Virus record (IMG/VR): IMGVR_UViG_3300040801_000321
Span: 1 to 55,489 of that record
Direction: 5' to 3' (one strand)
Source of the DNA: a virus
DNA: 55,489 nucleotides
Shown here: positions 1 through 10,253 of the stretch, in pieces
Layout of the letters: every line of letters starts with the position of its first letter
Numbering within the stretch: the first letter of the stretch is position 1
Translations under genes and position numbers: made by a program
The notes under the pieces: generated by a model
What the model saw: the letters and a program-made list of their open reading frames with translations, nothing else
Told to the model about the DNA's origin: nothing
Database searches by the model: none

Positions 1-117
1 CATCATGACTGCGAATACCGCAGCTGGCAAACGAATGAATCCCTTGCCGTCATCATCTCCGTTTGCCATCTTTTAGCCACCTCTCATCTTCAGTCAGTGG
101 TGCGTCGGCAGCTTCCC
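1..117. repeat. Terminal direct repeat, left copy (identical to 55373..55489)
   Basis: The first 117 nt (catcatgactgcgaataccg...cggcagcttccc) are repeated exactly at the 3' end of the window. Genes read through the junction. This fits a circular assembly overlap or terminal redundancy. Confidence 0.95.
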
Positions 118-370
118 GCGCCACGACCTCATATGGATTTTCTCTGTACCCGTAACGTATGTTATACCAGATGTATGTGACGTAGAATTTAATCCACCCG
201 TATTTCTGGACTTGGTAAATGTGCTCTAGCTCGTGCCGGAACAATCGGTCATCAATGTCCTTTTGATCACGCTTAAAAAGCATGAACGGGTAGATGACCA
301 TGCCTGCATAAGCTCCAAGAAACGGCAGGCGAAAGATCCAGTGCTTGTACCGAATCCGAATATCCATCAT
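53..370 (-). CDS. Small hydrophobic HExxH zinc-metallopeptidase-like protein
   Basis: 105-aa ORF with a hydrophobic N-terminal half. It has FRHELEHIYQ (HExxH) followed by NPYEVVAREAA, which supplies a downstream Glu, as in minimal zincins of the DUF4157/SprT type. The stop lies inside the terminal repeat and there is a 4-nt overlap with the upstream gene. Confidence 0.5.
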   Translation of the reverse strand: MMDIRIRYKHWIFRLPFLGAYAGMVIYPFMLFKRDQKDIDDRLFRHELEHIYQVQKYGWIKFYVTYIWYNIRYGYRENPYEVVAREAADAPLTEDERWLKDGKRR

Positions 371-771
371 CTCACGATCCCCTTCAATTGCAGTAAGAAA
401 GCACAGACCGCAGCCAAACGCTTGAGCAGCTCTTTCGCAGAAGCCAGATCAGTCACCTGTGCGTCCACCGCCGCGAACACCTGTGCTGGCGTCTTGTTCA
501 GTAACGTCTGCATGATTGGGTCTGACTCGATTGCTTCCTTGATGCTGAGTTTGTTTTGATAGTACGCGGCCTCATCAGCCCGTATCTGTTCGAGTGGATC
601 CGGGAGTGGCGTATCACGCACAACCAGCTCGCCATCCACCACCTGATACTCGCGCCAGTTCAGCTTCTCAGTTACTTCCAGCAACTCTTCGCCATCAGCA
701 GGCGTGATGTTGCCCCTGAGACCAAAGCCAGTGATCTCGCCCGTCGCAACCACGTATGTAATTTTCATCAT
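367..771 (-). CDS. Hypothetical protein (tail accessory position)
   Basis: 134-aa ORF. Its ATG overlaps the TGA of the giant fibre gene (cgATGATGaaa), which suggests translational coupling. No recognisable motif. Confidence 0.6.
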   Translation of the reverse strand: MMKITYVVATGEITGFGLRGNITPADGEELLEVTEKLNWREYQVVDGELVVRDTPLPDPLEQIRADEAAYYQNKLSIKEAIESDPIMQTLLNKTPAQVFAAVDAQVTDLASAKELLKRLAAVCAFLLQLKGIVR

Positions 772-3700
772 CGCTTGAATCCTATCCCTGTGAGAATCCT
801 ATCACCAACAATAGTCACAGCATATCCAGTGGCCTTGACGTAGATTGTAAACTTCCATCCGCTGGTCTGAGCATAAGCACTGGTCGGTATCGCCCATGTC
901 ACAGTTGCTGTGGTGGCAGATGCTTGTAGCCCGACGAAGTGGTGAGCGAGTGCTATTGATCCGCCACCTACCCCTTGCCATCCCGCAACTCCATAGATGT
1001 CCAGATAACAAGATGCCCCTTGAGATGCTGGAACCGGAAGCGTCAAGGTGAGAATTATGAAGTCACCGTACACGAGCAATGAGGTGTAGTTTAGATAGGC
1101 GTATGAGCTAGTGCTGACGCTGACGTTGGCTGTACTTGTTATTTCGTCAAGGTCAGTTACACCGCCTGCCTGAATGTTTCCTGTTGCGATGATGTCGCCA
1201 CCGATAGATAGCGCACCAGCCGACCCATCCCAACGAATGTACTTTGTTTGGTTGCCGACGCAGAAGTCATGTGCGCCTGCACCGTCATACCCCATGAAGA
1301 TGCCAGCATCTATATCATAGGCCGAAGTCTTTCCAGCGGTGTACAGCTTGCCGTTCGTTCCGAGCATCAGGTAGTTGGTCGCAGTGATGCCTGCCGAGAG
1401 TGTCCCGGTCACTATGTCGGATGGATCATTCTGTTTGCTATACCATGTGCCTTGCCAACGATACAACTTGCCGTCGCCGGTATACAGAAGAACATCAGAT
1501 CCCAAGTATGATGTTGTGGGCTGAGATGTGACTACCTGAATTGGCATGAGCCCGTTCGCGAAGTCCTCAACACTCACAACGCCCAGCACATCTCGTGTCG
1601 TCGGCTCATTCCCATCCATCAAGAATGTTCCAACAGGCATGATGCTGATGCCGTCTGCTGTCGTCTGGCCTGCGCCTGTTGTGTGGTAGCCTAGCCGAAT
1701 GTACTGCGTTGTTGGCGCGGCATTGTCGTGCCGCCACTCGCTGCCAGCGCGCACCTTCGCCCCGGTATCCGGATCGTACAAGCCAGCAATCCCGGAGTCC
1801 GTTGTCGTTCCCATCGGATGGATCACGCCCACTGCGAGATACCACTTGCCGACAGTCATCTCAGACCAAGCATCACTGATGAAATACGGGTTGTTGGTCT
1901 GCGCCCCGGCAAGGCTCATGATGTAGCCGGTCTGTGCTGTGTAACCGAAGTAGACAGAGCGAGTGTTGGCGGTCTTGCGCGCAACCCATGCAAACGTAAT
2001 GTAGCCACGATTCGGGTTAACAGCAAACTGGTGCGCCAATCCGTACACCCACGTCAGTGTGGTGCTGACCGAGAATGTACGGACAACTAGCGGATAGCCA
2101 CCGTTGGGGCCGATGATGTCGCGACGGGCTTCTGCGTTTGCTGTGCTTCCATAAATCGTATACCAGCCGCCCATGCTAGTGGCTAGTGGATACGTCAGCG
2201 TGATTGGCGGGGTTAGGTTCAGCGGTGACGCGTCAGTACCGTCCTCACCATCACTGCCAGCAGACCCACCAATTGTCGTGCTAACTGCTTCGGTAACAGT
2301 AGCAAGATCACCCGAGCCATTGTCATAATCGAAGAGTATGCTGACTGCTTGTGTGCCTGCGCCCTTGACTGTTACGGTTACGTGTGAGGTGTTCAGATCC
2401 GTACCGGATTTGTGCGTAACGGTGGTCACTGTCAGTGCGCCCGTTCCGGTATTCAACGTCAACCGGCGCGCAATGCGAGCGACTTCTGTGCCAGCGCGAA
2501 CAAACGTTGCGTTCAGGTCTGTGTAAGTATCGGAAGGTGTCCACGATCCGCCATCAGGTGCCTTCACCCAAGCGAGTGTGCCAACAGCGCCGCCATAATC
2601 AGCCTCAACATACCCGACTGTTGCGTTGCGACCATCCGCACCCTCATCCCCGTCCAACCCATCAGTCACATCAACAAGCGTGATGGTGTCGAGTGGCGTT
2701 CCACCCGTCCCGTCCTTCAACGTAATGACGATGCTGCTGTTTATCTGAGCGGCTGATAGCGTCTCTTCATACCCGAGTGCTGTGTTGCTTGGGTTGTAAA
2801 GCTGAATCGTTCCACTGGTCAGCTTCGATGCGGCACCATTCTCAACCTTCCAAGCCTCAACAGTCAGCGTCCCGGAGCTGTTCTTGATCGCGGTGCCTGT
2901 GGTGGGCTTGATGTAGTAAAGTGTCGGGGAAATACCGTCATCGCCATCTGCGCCATCATCACCCGACAGCGAGCACAGAACCGTCTCAGCAACCTTCACC
3001 CCGGAAGCAGTGTGCGTGAATATTACGGTGCGCGTCTTACCAGTCCCGGTTGTTGAGACTGTTACGCTGGCCGTTTCATAATCGCCATCCTTATGGGTGG
3101 TCGTGCTAACGGATAGGTTGCCTGCTGCGTCCCGGGTCACTCGTCTTGCGACACGAGCAAGCAGCGTACCACCCTGATAAAAGTATGTGTCCAGATCGAC
3201 ACTGGTCCCGGTGGGGTCCCATGTAACTTGATCAACCGCACGGACCCAAGCCAACGGCGCACTAGGCTCGATCCAGCCGACAACGCCAGCAGGGCCAGTC
3301 CCGCCATCATCGCCATCAGTAATGTCTGCGAGCGTGATCGTGTCGAGTGGTGCGCCAGCCGTTCCATCCTTCAGCGTTATGACGATGCTGCCGTTGATTC
3401 CGGCTGCGGTAAACGTCTCGTCATACCCGAGTGCGGTGTTGCTGGGATTGTAAAGCTGGATTGTGCCTGAAGTAAGTTTCGCCGCAACGCCATTCGCAAC
3501 GCGCCAAGCCTCAACAGTCAGCGTCCCGGTGCTGTTCTTGATTGCTGTGCCGTTTGTCGCCTTGATGTAATAAAGCGTGGGCGATATTCCGTCATCCCCG
3601 TCCGCACCAGTCGCGCCAGACAAGGAAGCCAGCACAGTCTCTGAAACGCTGATCCCGGATGCTGTGTGCTCGAATCGTACTGTGACGACTTTCCCTGTCC

Positions 3701-6700
3701 CGGAAGTTGAGACTGTTACTGCGCCGGTGTTGCTATCCCCGTCCTTGTGCGTCGTTGTGCTGACGCTGAGTGTGCCGTCTGCCGCTCGCGTTATCCGTCG
3801 CGCAATACGCGCCAGCAAAGTTGTGCCCTGATAAAAGTAGCAGTCCAGATCAACAGTGGTGCTGGTCGGGTCCCACGTTGTCTGGTCAACCGCACGTACC
3901 CAAGCCAATGGGCCACTAGGCTCGATCCAGCCGACAACTGCGTCTGAACCGTCTGTCCCATCCTCTCCCGGCTCGCCATCAGTAATGTCCACAAGCGTGA
4001 TGGTGTCGAGTGGTGTGCCACCCGTCCCATCCTTCAACGTAATGACGATGCTACTGTTGATGCTGGCTGCGTTGAACGTCTCGTCAAAACCAAGCGCAGT
4101 ATTCGACGGGTTGTAGAGCTGGATTGTCCCGGAGTTGAGCTTGCTTGCTACTCCGTTCTCAACCTTCCACGCTTCAACAGTCAGCGTGCCTGTGCTGTTC
4201 TTGATTGCGGTCCCGGTTGTTGGCTTGATGAAATAAAGCGTTGGTGAGACGCCATCATCACCATCAGTCCCATCAGATCCGGACAGCGACGTGATAACTG
4301 TTTCGCTCGCAGCAACCCCGGAGGAAGTGTGCTCAAAATTAACCGTCGCAACCCGTCCTGTACCGGAAGTTGAAACGGTTACTGCCCCGGTGTTGTAGTC
4401 ACCATCCTTGTGCGCAACGGTGCTGACGGTAAGGATGCCACTCGCATCCCGGGTTACTCTCCGGGCGATACGTGCTAGAACGATTGCGCCTTGGTAGACG
4501 TAGCAATCCAAGTCCACCGTTGTACTGGTCGGGTCCCATGTGCTTTGGTCAATTGCTCGCGTCCATGCGAGTGGTGCGCTGGGCTCGATCCAAAGTACAA
4601 TTGCGTGATCCCCTGGCTCCCCGTCAGTAATGTCCACGAGCGTGATCGTGTCATAGACTGTGCCTGTTGGCCCGTCTTTCAACTCAACGACGACAGAATC
4701 ACTGATGTCGCCTGCGTCGAAGATGCCGGTGTAGCCATTCGATCCAGTAACAAAGCCATTCGCTGCGGTGACGAGCGTAGTGCCAACATACAGCTGGATC
4801 GTCCCGGAAGACAACAGGCTGTCAGAAGTTCCATCAACATGGCGCGCTTCAATCGTCAGCGTGCCTGTGCTGTTCTTGATTGCGGTGCCGTCTGTGGGCT
4901 TGATATAGTACAAGTTGGCGTTGTTGCCGTCATCGCCCGAAGCACCCGACAATGCAGCACTAACCGTCTCACTAACAGACACCAGCTCAACGGTGTGGGT
5001 AAATTTTACGGATGCGCTGCGGCTACTCGTCCCGGAAAGCGTAACGCCAACATTGCCAATATTGTAATCGCCATCCTTGTGCGTCGTGGTGCTGATGCTG
5101 AGGATGCCGTTCGCGTCCCGGGTCACCCTGCGGGCAATGCGCGCAAGCAGCGTGCTGCCCTTGTAGAAGTATGCGTCCAGATCGACGCTGGTGCCTGTCG
5201 GTGCCCATGTGGTCTGATCGACTGCGCGCACCCACGTGATTGGCGCACTGGGCTCGATCCATGCGATGACCGCATCACTGCCGTCCGTCCCGTCAGTAAT
5301 GTCAACGAGTGTGATGGTGTCGAGTGGGTCACCCGTTGACCCGTCTTTCAACTCAACAACAACAGAGTCGCTGATGTCGCCTGCGTCGAATACGCCAGTG
5401 TACCCATCCGAGCCAGTGGCATAACCGTTCGCAACCGTAACCAAAGACGATCCGACATACAACTGGACGCTGCCTGCGGACAGGTGATTGTCTACACCTC
5501 CCTCGATCTTGTGCGCTTCGACGGTGAGCGTGCCGGAACTGTTCTTGATTGCTGTTCCGTCTGTCGGTTTGATATACCAGACAATGGCATCTTCCCCGTC
5601 GATGCCGGACGTTCCGGCGAGCGACTTTGCGATGACGAACTTTTTGGTGACTGTGACTCCGTTGTACGATCCGTTGAGCGTGAACGTCTCTTGTGTGCTA
5701 GTCCAAGCTGAATCAATATAAAGTTCATACTTGCCTTTGATCCCGGTTGTGAGACGGTTAATGCGCAGCCGCAAACCGTTCTGCGTAACCTGATGCCAGT
5801 CGCCGCTGTTCACTCCCCCATCCACCGTAAATGCAGTGCCTTCGGAAACGTCCGTCAGGCCTTTGTAGATTTCAAAGAAACCGACAGCAGATGTAACGTC
5901 CGCACCAGTTCCATCAGCAGCAGTAGCAACAACGTGGACTTCGTTGGTAAGCCACGCATACAGCGCATCCTCGCCATCAACGCCATCTGTGCCGGAACCA
6001 CTCGACACTTTCGTGATCATGATCTCATCATAGAATCCTTCGCGTGTCGCCCGGACCTTGATGAATGCGTTGTTTGTGATTGCTGTGAAGTTGACCCCGG
6101 TAATACTCGCGGTCAGGTAGGGTGAGCTGCCGATTGTGAGTGGGGTAATTGGATTTCCGAGAGCATCCCACACCGTCCACGTAACGTCGCCGCTCAACAA
6201 GTTTGACTGGACATTGAATTCGATGACGCCCGGGCCAATCAGCGAACCATCAGAGCTGTAGGAAAAGATCTGCCCTGTAGTTGCGAGTCGCAGGAACTGT
6301 GCGACGGACGCCAGTGCTGCTCCGGAAGTAGACGCAGACCACGCCCCGCCAGAGCCATTCACATTGATGATGCGTGCCCAGAAATACCGCGTCGTGGTAT
6401 CATCAAAAATGATGGTGTCATAAACGGTGTGGCCAGTAAGATCAGTTGGGCACTGAACACGAACCGTGTCTGTGATCGTCGCGGTATCGTTCGTGGTACT
6501 CCAGCCGAATTCAATCGCACCAGCGTTTGCGATGCCGCCAGTCAGATCTTCCCACGCCTGCGTGAATTCACAACGCACAGCGACATATCCGTAACCTGCG
6601 GTGAGCGCAGGCACGACGCAGTTGACGACTGGCTCTGTAATCCCGAGCACGGTGTGGTAGATTGGCGCGGTGTCGCCGCTGCTAACGCCTGTTCGACTAT

Positions 6701-9431
6701 ACGCAGTCAGCACGATCTCATAATATGATCCGACCTCGATGTCGGTGATCGTGTACCCGCCAGCACTCGCAGGAATCCCGGAAACCGTTATCAGCTCGCC
6801 AACATAAATAATCGACACGCCATCATACAGACCGCGACGATACCGCAAGGTGACTGTCGCCCCGGGATAGATAGCGTCAGCATTGCTGGGATAGTCCCAC
6901 GCCACCAGCATACGCGGCACGCTGCTGCCGTCCGGTAGGATCGTCAACAGGTTGTCGCCGCTGAACGCTCGCACATTGTATGGCTTTGGCGGCACAAACA
7001 GTCGCGGATCAGCAGGCATGGTTATCCCGGGATCGTATGTCGGGATGGTGCCTGTGTCTGCGGTTAGGATTGCTGGGGCAGAATCGACTGCGATAATCTC
7101 AGCGCCAAGATCAGCGTTGGGCTGAACACCGAGCACCAGCAGTGAAACGGACTCCGCGCCAACAGCGCCAAGCATGACCAAATCGCCAGCCGCCACCCCT
7201 GTGTATGTTCCTTCCACAGTCGATGTGCGGGTGAAGGTGTCCTGCTCTTCTGCGATGGTGGTGCTGACGTTGATTAGTACGCCAGTGCCGTCGCTCTTGC
7301 GAATGCGCATGCGGTAGATCGTGGTTGAGCACGCAATCTTTTCGTCCAGAACGATTGTGTTGCTGGTTACACTTTTGATCCGGGCTTGTCCCGTTCCCCA
7401 CATCGGCACATCGTGCGCAATGCGAATGTGATCTCCGCGCTGGCAGACGATCTGTTCAACGTCTGCGCTGAATGTGTAAACCTCCGGACGTAACCGCAAC
7501 GCAGCAAGATGATACCGGCCAAACTTCCAAGCAATATCAGGATCTGTGATGCCCTTGAACTCAAGCACCTCAAACCGCGAGGCATTCGCAACGCTATAGC
7601 CATCGTCATAGACAATGATCTCATCTTCCTGATAGTCCGCATCTTCAGAAATAAAACGGACCTTCAGTGCGTGCGGTACTTCGATGAACTGCTTGGAAGA
7701 GCTGAACCCGTATGAGTTACGCGGCGTGAAATACTGTACCGGAAGCTGCGTCGTTGATTCTTGAATGACTGTCCACTTGCCGTCGCGATTCGATACCGCT
7801 GCGCGACCAACAGACGCAACACGACGCACAGCGTCAAACACGCTGGTCTGATAGTCGATGACTTCGTTGTATGCGTAACCGGCAGTTGTGCAATCGTTCG
7901 CCCACGACAATATCCCAGCAAGGTCAAGCTGTGCGTCCGTTACTGGGCGAGCATTCGCAGATCCTTTCAGGACATCACACCACGCCCATGCGGGGTTGGT
8001 TGTGGCAGTGGGCGCAGACCAAACTGATCCATTCCATATCGGCAGCTTGCGTGTCGTGATTAGGTTGAGCGTGTCCACGATCCCGGACAGCTTGTCGCTC
8101 GCCCGGAGTCTCATCTTCAGGAACGTCATCTCACCATTGCTGACGTTTACTGCGTTGCTGTCCTTGTATGCGCGCAACGCAGTCCAGACAAAGATGGCCT
8201 GATACTGGCGCCAGACATCGTCATCCTCATACACCGCATTAGAGCTGCCTGAGTTGCTGTTGAACGTCTTGACGCGAGTGATGCGGACTTCATACTGCGC
8301 AGCTTCTGCGACATCCCACTTCAGCCCAACACGCTTTGCATCAATCGACGCGCCAGCAACATGGAAAACGTCTGCTGGCGTAGAAGGCGCACCGAGCCCA
8401 TTGAATGTGTAGAATGGCGCGATGACGTTTGTACCGATGACGGTGTTAGATGTGCCGGTCGTGCTTTCCCAATCAGTATCGCGAACGTTCAGCCATGTAG
8501 ACGTTCCGACCTTCCGGTATTCAACCCGGAAGTAAATGAAACAAATGTACCGGTCACCTTTCTTGGTTGTGAACAGAAGTCCTGCCGGCAGATTGAAGTC
8601 AACAGAGAGCGACAAAGCACCATCAGCAGATGTGCGCGTTGCACTTTCACCTTCCAATGGCGGGTCTTGATGCTGTGCGAGTGTGATGTTGAGCTGATCT
8701 TCTAGGATGGTCGGGAATACCGGGACATCAGATGTGATCGTAACATCAACACCATCATGATCCAGCAAAGCCGTCTCACCGACCTTTACATCCGCAGCAG
8801 CAGCGCTGTACTGCCCGAGCCCAAGGCAATACAGGGCATTGAAGTATTGATCGTTGCCGATGATCTCTGTGTATGGTAACGCTGCGAATGGTGGATAGAG
8901 CTTGTGGGTGCCGTAGCAATTTGGCACTGGGTTGTATGGCGCGACGTTGTTGCGCGAACCAGTGATTGCGTATGCGCGCTTCTGCTCTTGCGGGCCTGAC
9001 ATGTTCGGGATTGCTGGCGGGATGAGCGTGTTAACAAGCATCGAGCCAGCAGCAAACGTCGCACCCATCCAGAATGCTTCGGATGCGAAGAAACCAGTTG
9101 CGCCCGCACCCTGCGCCCACCCAGCGAGTGCCGGCGCATACGTCCACGCGAACCAAGCAACAGCAACAATCGCAAGTGTCCGGAGCAGATCCTTACCAGA
9201 CCCAGCAGGCATGCTGATAAGGTTCACAACATCATCAGTGCCCGGGAACGTTACCTCCCATTGGTCATAGGCAATCGGCTCGCCATTAATGAATGCGAGC
9301 ACTTGGTCACTGGCATTCTCACCCGCAATATCACGGATGCTCATGCCGACTTCGGCCTGCGCCTCTAGCACCTCCCGCGTGAGCGGGTTAGTGAGTGCTA
9401 TGACTCGGATAGTATCTGTAGAAAGATTCAA
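768..9431 (-). CDS. Giant central tail fibre / host-specificity protein (lambda gpI-like N-terminus fused to a gpJ-like body, tandem Ig-like repeats, LamG-like C-terminus)
   Basis: The open frame runs 768..9530.
- N-terminus: IRVIALTNPL...PAGSGKD followed by a Gly/Ala-rich hydrophobic segment, which resembles lambda gpI.
- Body: FEVLEFKGITDPDIAWKFGRYHLAALRLRPEVYTFSADVEQIVCQRGDHIRI resembles the gpJ core.
- Start: uncertain. TTG at 9431 is preceded by GGAAGAG; the alternative is ATG at 9530. Confidence 0.8.
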   Translation of the reverse strand: MNLSTDTIRVIALTNPLTREVLEAQAEVGMSIRDIAGENASDQVLAFINGEPIAYDQWEVTFPGTDDVVNLISMPAGSGKDLLRTLAIVAVAWFAWTYAPALAGWAQGAGATGFFASEAFWMGATFAAGSMLVNTLIPPAIPNMSGPQEQKRAYAITGSRNNVAPYNPVPNCYGTHKLYPPFAALPYTEIIGNDQYFNALYCLGLGQYSAAAADVKVGETALLDHDGVDVTITSDVPVFPTILEDQLNITLAQHQDPPLEGESATRTSADGALSLSVDFNLPAGLLFTTKKGDRYICFIYFRVEYRKVGTSTWLNVRDTDWESTTGTSNTVIGTNVIAPFYTFNGLGAPSTPADVFHVAGASIDAKRVGLKWDVAEAAQYEVRITRVKTFNSNSGSSNAVYEDDDVWRQYQAIFVWTALRAYKDSNAVNVSNGEMTFLKMRLRASDKLSGIVDTLNLITTRKLPIWNGSVWSAPTATTNPAWAWCDVLKGSANARPVTDAQLDLAGILSWANDCTTAGYAYNEVIDYQTSVFDAVRRVASVGRAAVSNRDGKWTVIQESTTQLPVQYFTPRNSYGFSSSKQFIEVPHALKVRFISEDADYQEDEIIVYDDGYSVANASRFEVLEFKGITDPDIAWKFGRYHLAALRLRPEVYTFSADVEQIVCQRGDHIRIAHDVPMWGTGQARIKSVTSNTIVLDEKIACSTTIYRMRIRKSDGTGVLINVSTTIAEEQDTFTRTSTVEGTYTGVAAGDLVMLGAVGAESVSLLVLGVQPNADLGAEIIAVDSAPAILTADTGTIPTYDPGITMPADPRLFVPPKPYNVRAFSGDNLLTILPDGSSVPRMLVAWDYPSNADAIYPGATVTLRYRRGLYDGVSIIYVGELITVSGIPASAGGYTITDIEVGSYYEIVLTAYSRTGVSSGDTAPIYHTVLGITEPVVNCVVPALTAGYGYVAVRCEFTQAWEDLTGGIANAGAIEFGWSTTNDTATITDTVRVQCPTDLTGHTVYDTIIFDDTTTRYFWARIINVNGSGGAWSASTSGAALASVAQFLRLATTGQIFSYSSDGSLIGPGVIEFNVQSNLLSGDVTWTVWDALGNPITPLTIGSSPYLTASITGVNFTAITNNAFIKVRATREGFYDEIMITKVSSGSGTDGVDGEDALYAWLTNEVHVVATAADGTGADVTSAVGFFEIYKGLTDVSEGTAFTVDGGVNSGDWHQVTQNGLRLRINRLTTGIKGKYELYIDSAWTSTQETFTLNGSYNGVTVTKKFVIAKSLAGTSGIDGEDAIVWYIKPTDGTAIKNSSGTLTVEAHKIEGGVDNHLSAGSVQLYVGSSLVTVANGYATGSDGYTGVFDAGDISDSVVVELKDGSTGDPLDTITLVDITDGTDGSDAVIAWIEPSAPITWVRAVDQTTWAPTGTSVDLDAYFYKGSTLLARIARRVTRDANGILSISTTTHKDGDYNIGNVGVTLSGTSSRSASVKFTHTVELVSVSETVSAALSGASGDDGNNANLYYIKPTDGTAIKNSTGTLTIEARHVDGTSDSLLSSGTIQLYVGTTLVTAANGFVTGSNGYTGIFDAGDISDSVVVELKDGPTGTVYDTITLVDITDGEPGDHAIVLWIEPSAPLAWTRAIDQSTWDPTSTTVDLDCYVYQGAIVLARIARRVTRDASGILTVSTVAHKDGDYNTGAVTVSTSGTGRVATVNFEHTSSGVAASETVITSLSGSDGTDGDDGVSPTLYFIKPTTGTAIKNSTGTLTVEAWKVENGVASKLNSGTIQLYNPSNTALGFDETFNAASINSSIVITLKDGTGGTPLDTITLVDITDGEPGEDGTDGSDAVVGWIEPSGPLAWVRAVDQTTWDPTSTTVDLDCYFYQGTTLLARIARRITRAADGTLSVSTTTHKDGDSNTGAVTVSTSGTGKVVTVRFEHTASGISVSETVLASLSGATGADGDDGISPTLYYIKATNGTAIKNSTGTLTVEAWRVANGVAAKLTSGTIQLYNPSNTALGYDETFTAAGINGSIVITLKDGTAGAPLDTITLADITDGDDGGTGPAGVVGWIEPSAPLAWVRAVDQVTWDPTGTSVDLDTYFYQGGTLLARVARRVTRDAAGNLSVSTTTHKDGDYETASVTVSTTGTGKTRTVIFTHTASGVKVAETVLCSLSGDDGADGDDGISPTLYYIKPTTGTAIKNSSGTLTVEAWKVENGAASKLTSGTIQLYNPSNTALGYEETLSAAQINSSIVITLKDGTGGTPLDTITLVDVTDGLDGDEGADGRNATVGYVEADYGGAVGTLAWVKAPDGGSWTPSDTYTDLNATFVRAGTEVARIARRLTLNTGTGALTVTTVTHKSGTDLNTSHVTVTVKGAGTQAVSILFDYDNGSGDLATVTEAVSTTIGGSAGSDGEDGTDASPLNLTPPITLTYPLATSMGGWYTIYGSTANAEARRDIIGPNGGYPLVVRTFSVSTTLTWVYGLAHQFAVNPNRGYITFAWVARKTANTRSVYFGYTAQTGYIMSLAGAQTNNPYFISDAWSEMTVGKWYLAVGVIHPMGTTTDSGIAGLYDPDTGAKVRAGSEWRHDNAAPTTQYIRLGYHTTGAGQTTADGISIMPVGTFLMDGNEPTTRDVLGVVSVEDFANGLMPIQVVTSQPTTSYLGSDVLLYTGDGKLYRWQGTWYSKQNDPSDIVTGTLSAGITATNYLMLGTNGKLYTAGKTSAYDIDAGIFMGYDGAGAHDFCVGNQTKYIRWDGSAGALSIGGDIIATGNIQAGGVTDLDEITSTANVSVSTSSYAYLNYTSLLVYGDFIILTLTLPVPASQGASCYLDIYGVAGWQGVGGGSIALAHHFVGLQASATTATVTWAIPTSAYAQTSGWKFTIYVKATGYAVTIVGDRILTGIGFKR
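2230..5615 (-). repeat. Five tandem ~650-680-nt (~220-aa) coding repeats inside the fibre gene
   Basis: Protein units of the form ...LYYIKPT(D/T)GTAIKNS(S/T)GTLT(V/I)EA...WIEPSAPLAW(V/T)RA(V/I)DQ(T/S)TWDPT...ARIARRVTRD...HKDGDY...SLSG(S/A)DG.DGDDG recur five times. The DNA periodicity is visible at about 2700, 3360, 4020, 4680 and 5340. Confidence 0.85.
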
Positions 9432-9777
9432 TTCTGCTCTTCCACTTGGGTGAATAGATCCACTCCACACAGGATGTCTTTTCTTCCGGGACGTGTAGCA
9501 TGCGCTGGTTGTCGATACACAAGCCAACATGCGGATTGCGCATCGCAGTTAACAGAACAACATCCCAAGCAGCAGGCTCATCGACCTCGCGCCAGCAGCC
9601 TTGTGACTGCGCGAAGTAAACTGCGTTGTGCGCAGTTGCATCGTCATACTTGTAATTCGGCAGGTATAGCCCGAGCTCACACTCATAGATGTGCTCGATC
9701 AAGCCCCAGCAGTCCCATCCATCCGGGCCACGCCCGTGCTTTTTGAATGGTAGGCCAATGTAACGTTCCAGATTCAT
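9388..9777 (-). CDS. Tail-associated NlpC/P60 cysteine peptidase (lambda gpK-like position)
   Basis: GPDGWDCWGLIEHIY supplies a catalytic Cys context and HVGLCIDNQRMLHV a His. The start is refined to MNLERYIG, with an ATGA overlap onto the upstream stop at 9774. Confidence 0.75.
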   Translation of the reverse strand: MNLERYIGLPFKKHGRGPDGWDCWGLIEHIYECELGLYLPNYKYDDATAHNAVYFAQSQGCWREVDEPAAWDVVLLTAMRNPHVGLCIDNQRMLHVPEEKTSCVEWIYSPKWKSRIESFYRYYPSHSTH

Positions 9778-10253
9778 CGCTTGAATAGCCCCGGGAACTT
9801 GTTGGGCGTGAATGCTGGATATGGGAACGGCTCCCGCGAGAATGCTTGCATGCCGAGCGAGAATGTGATGGCGTCTGCGTTGTAGGAAATAGACCTCACA
9901 TCCATTTCCACCGGACCCCACTCGATGGTGTTGGGGCTGTCTGATAGGACAACTTTGAGTGTGACTTTTAGGCCTGCCTGAATGTTCCGGATTTCATCAA
10001 TCAGCTCCCGCGAGACGTTCGCAACGCTGATCTCAGCCACAGGCTCACGATCTTCCAGATCATCAGGCAGCTTCGGGTAGAACGGAAATGCCGTGTAGAC
10101 GTTTCCGCCACTCGTGATGTCTTCTGTGTTGTTGACGAGACGGGCTGTCGTGCCGTATGTGTCGTGGTGAACGTCCATAAGCACAAGGAACACTTTTGAC
10201 GTTTCTTGTGCGAGTGCTGCTTGCATTGCCGCCAGCGAAACGTTCCGCGCCAT
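9774..10253 (-). CDS. Minor tail protein (gpL-like position, DUF1833-like)
   Basis: The start is refined to MARNVSLAAMQ, with a TGATG overlap onto the upstream gene. It sits between the M-like and K-like genes downstream of the tape measure. Confidence 0.45.
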   Translation of the reverse strand: MARNVSLAAMQAALAQETSKVFLVLMDVHHDTYGTTARLVNNTEDITSGGNVYTAFPFYPKLPDDLEDREPVAEISVANVSRELIDEIRNIQAGLKVTLKVVLSDSPNTIEWGPVEMDVRSISYNADAITFSLGMQAFSREPFPYPAFTPNKFPGLFKR

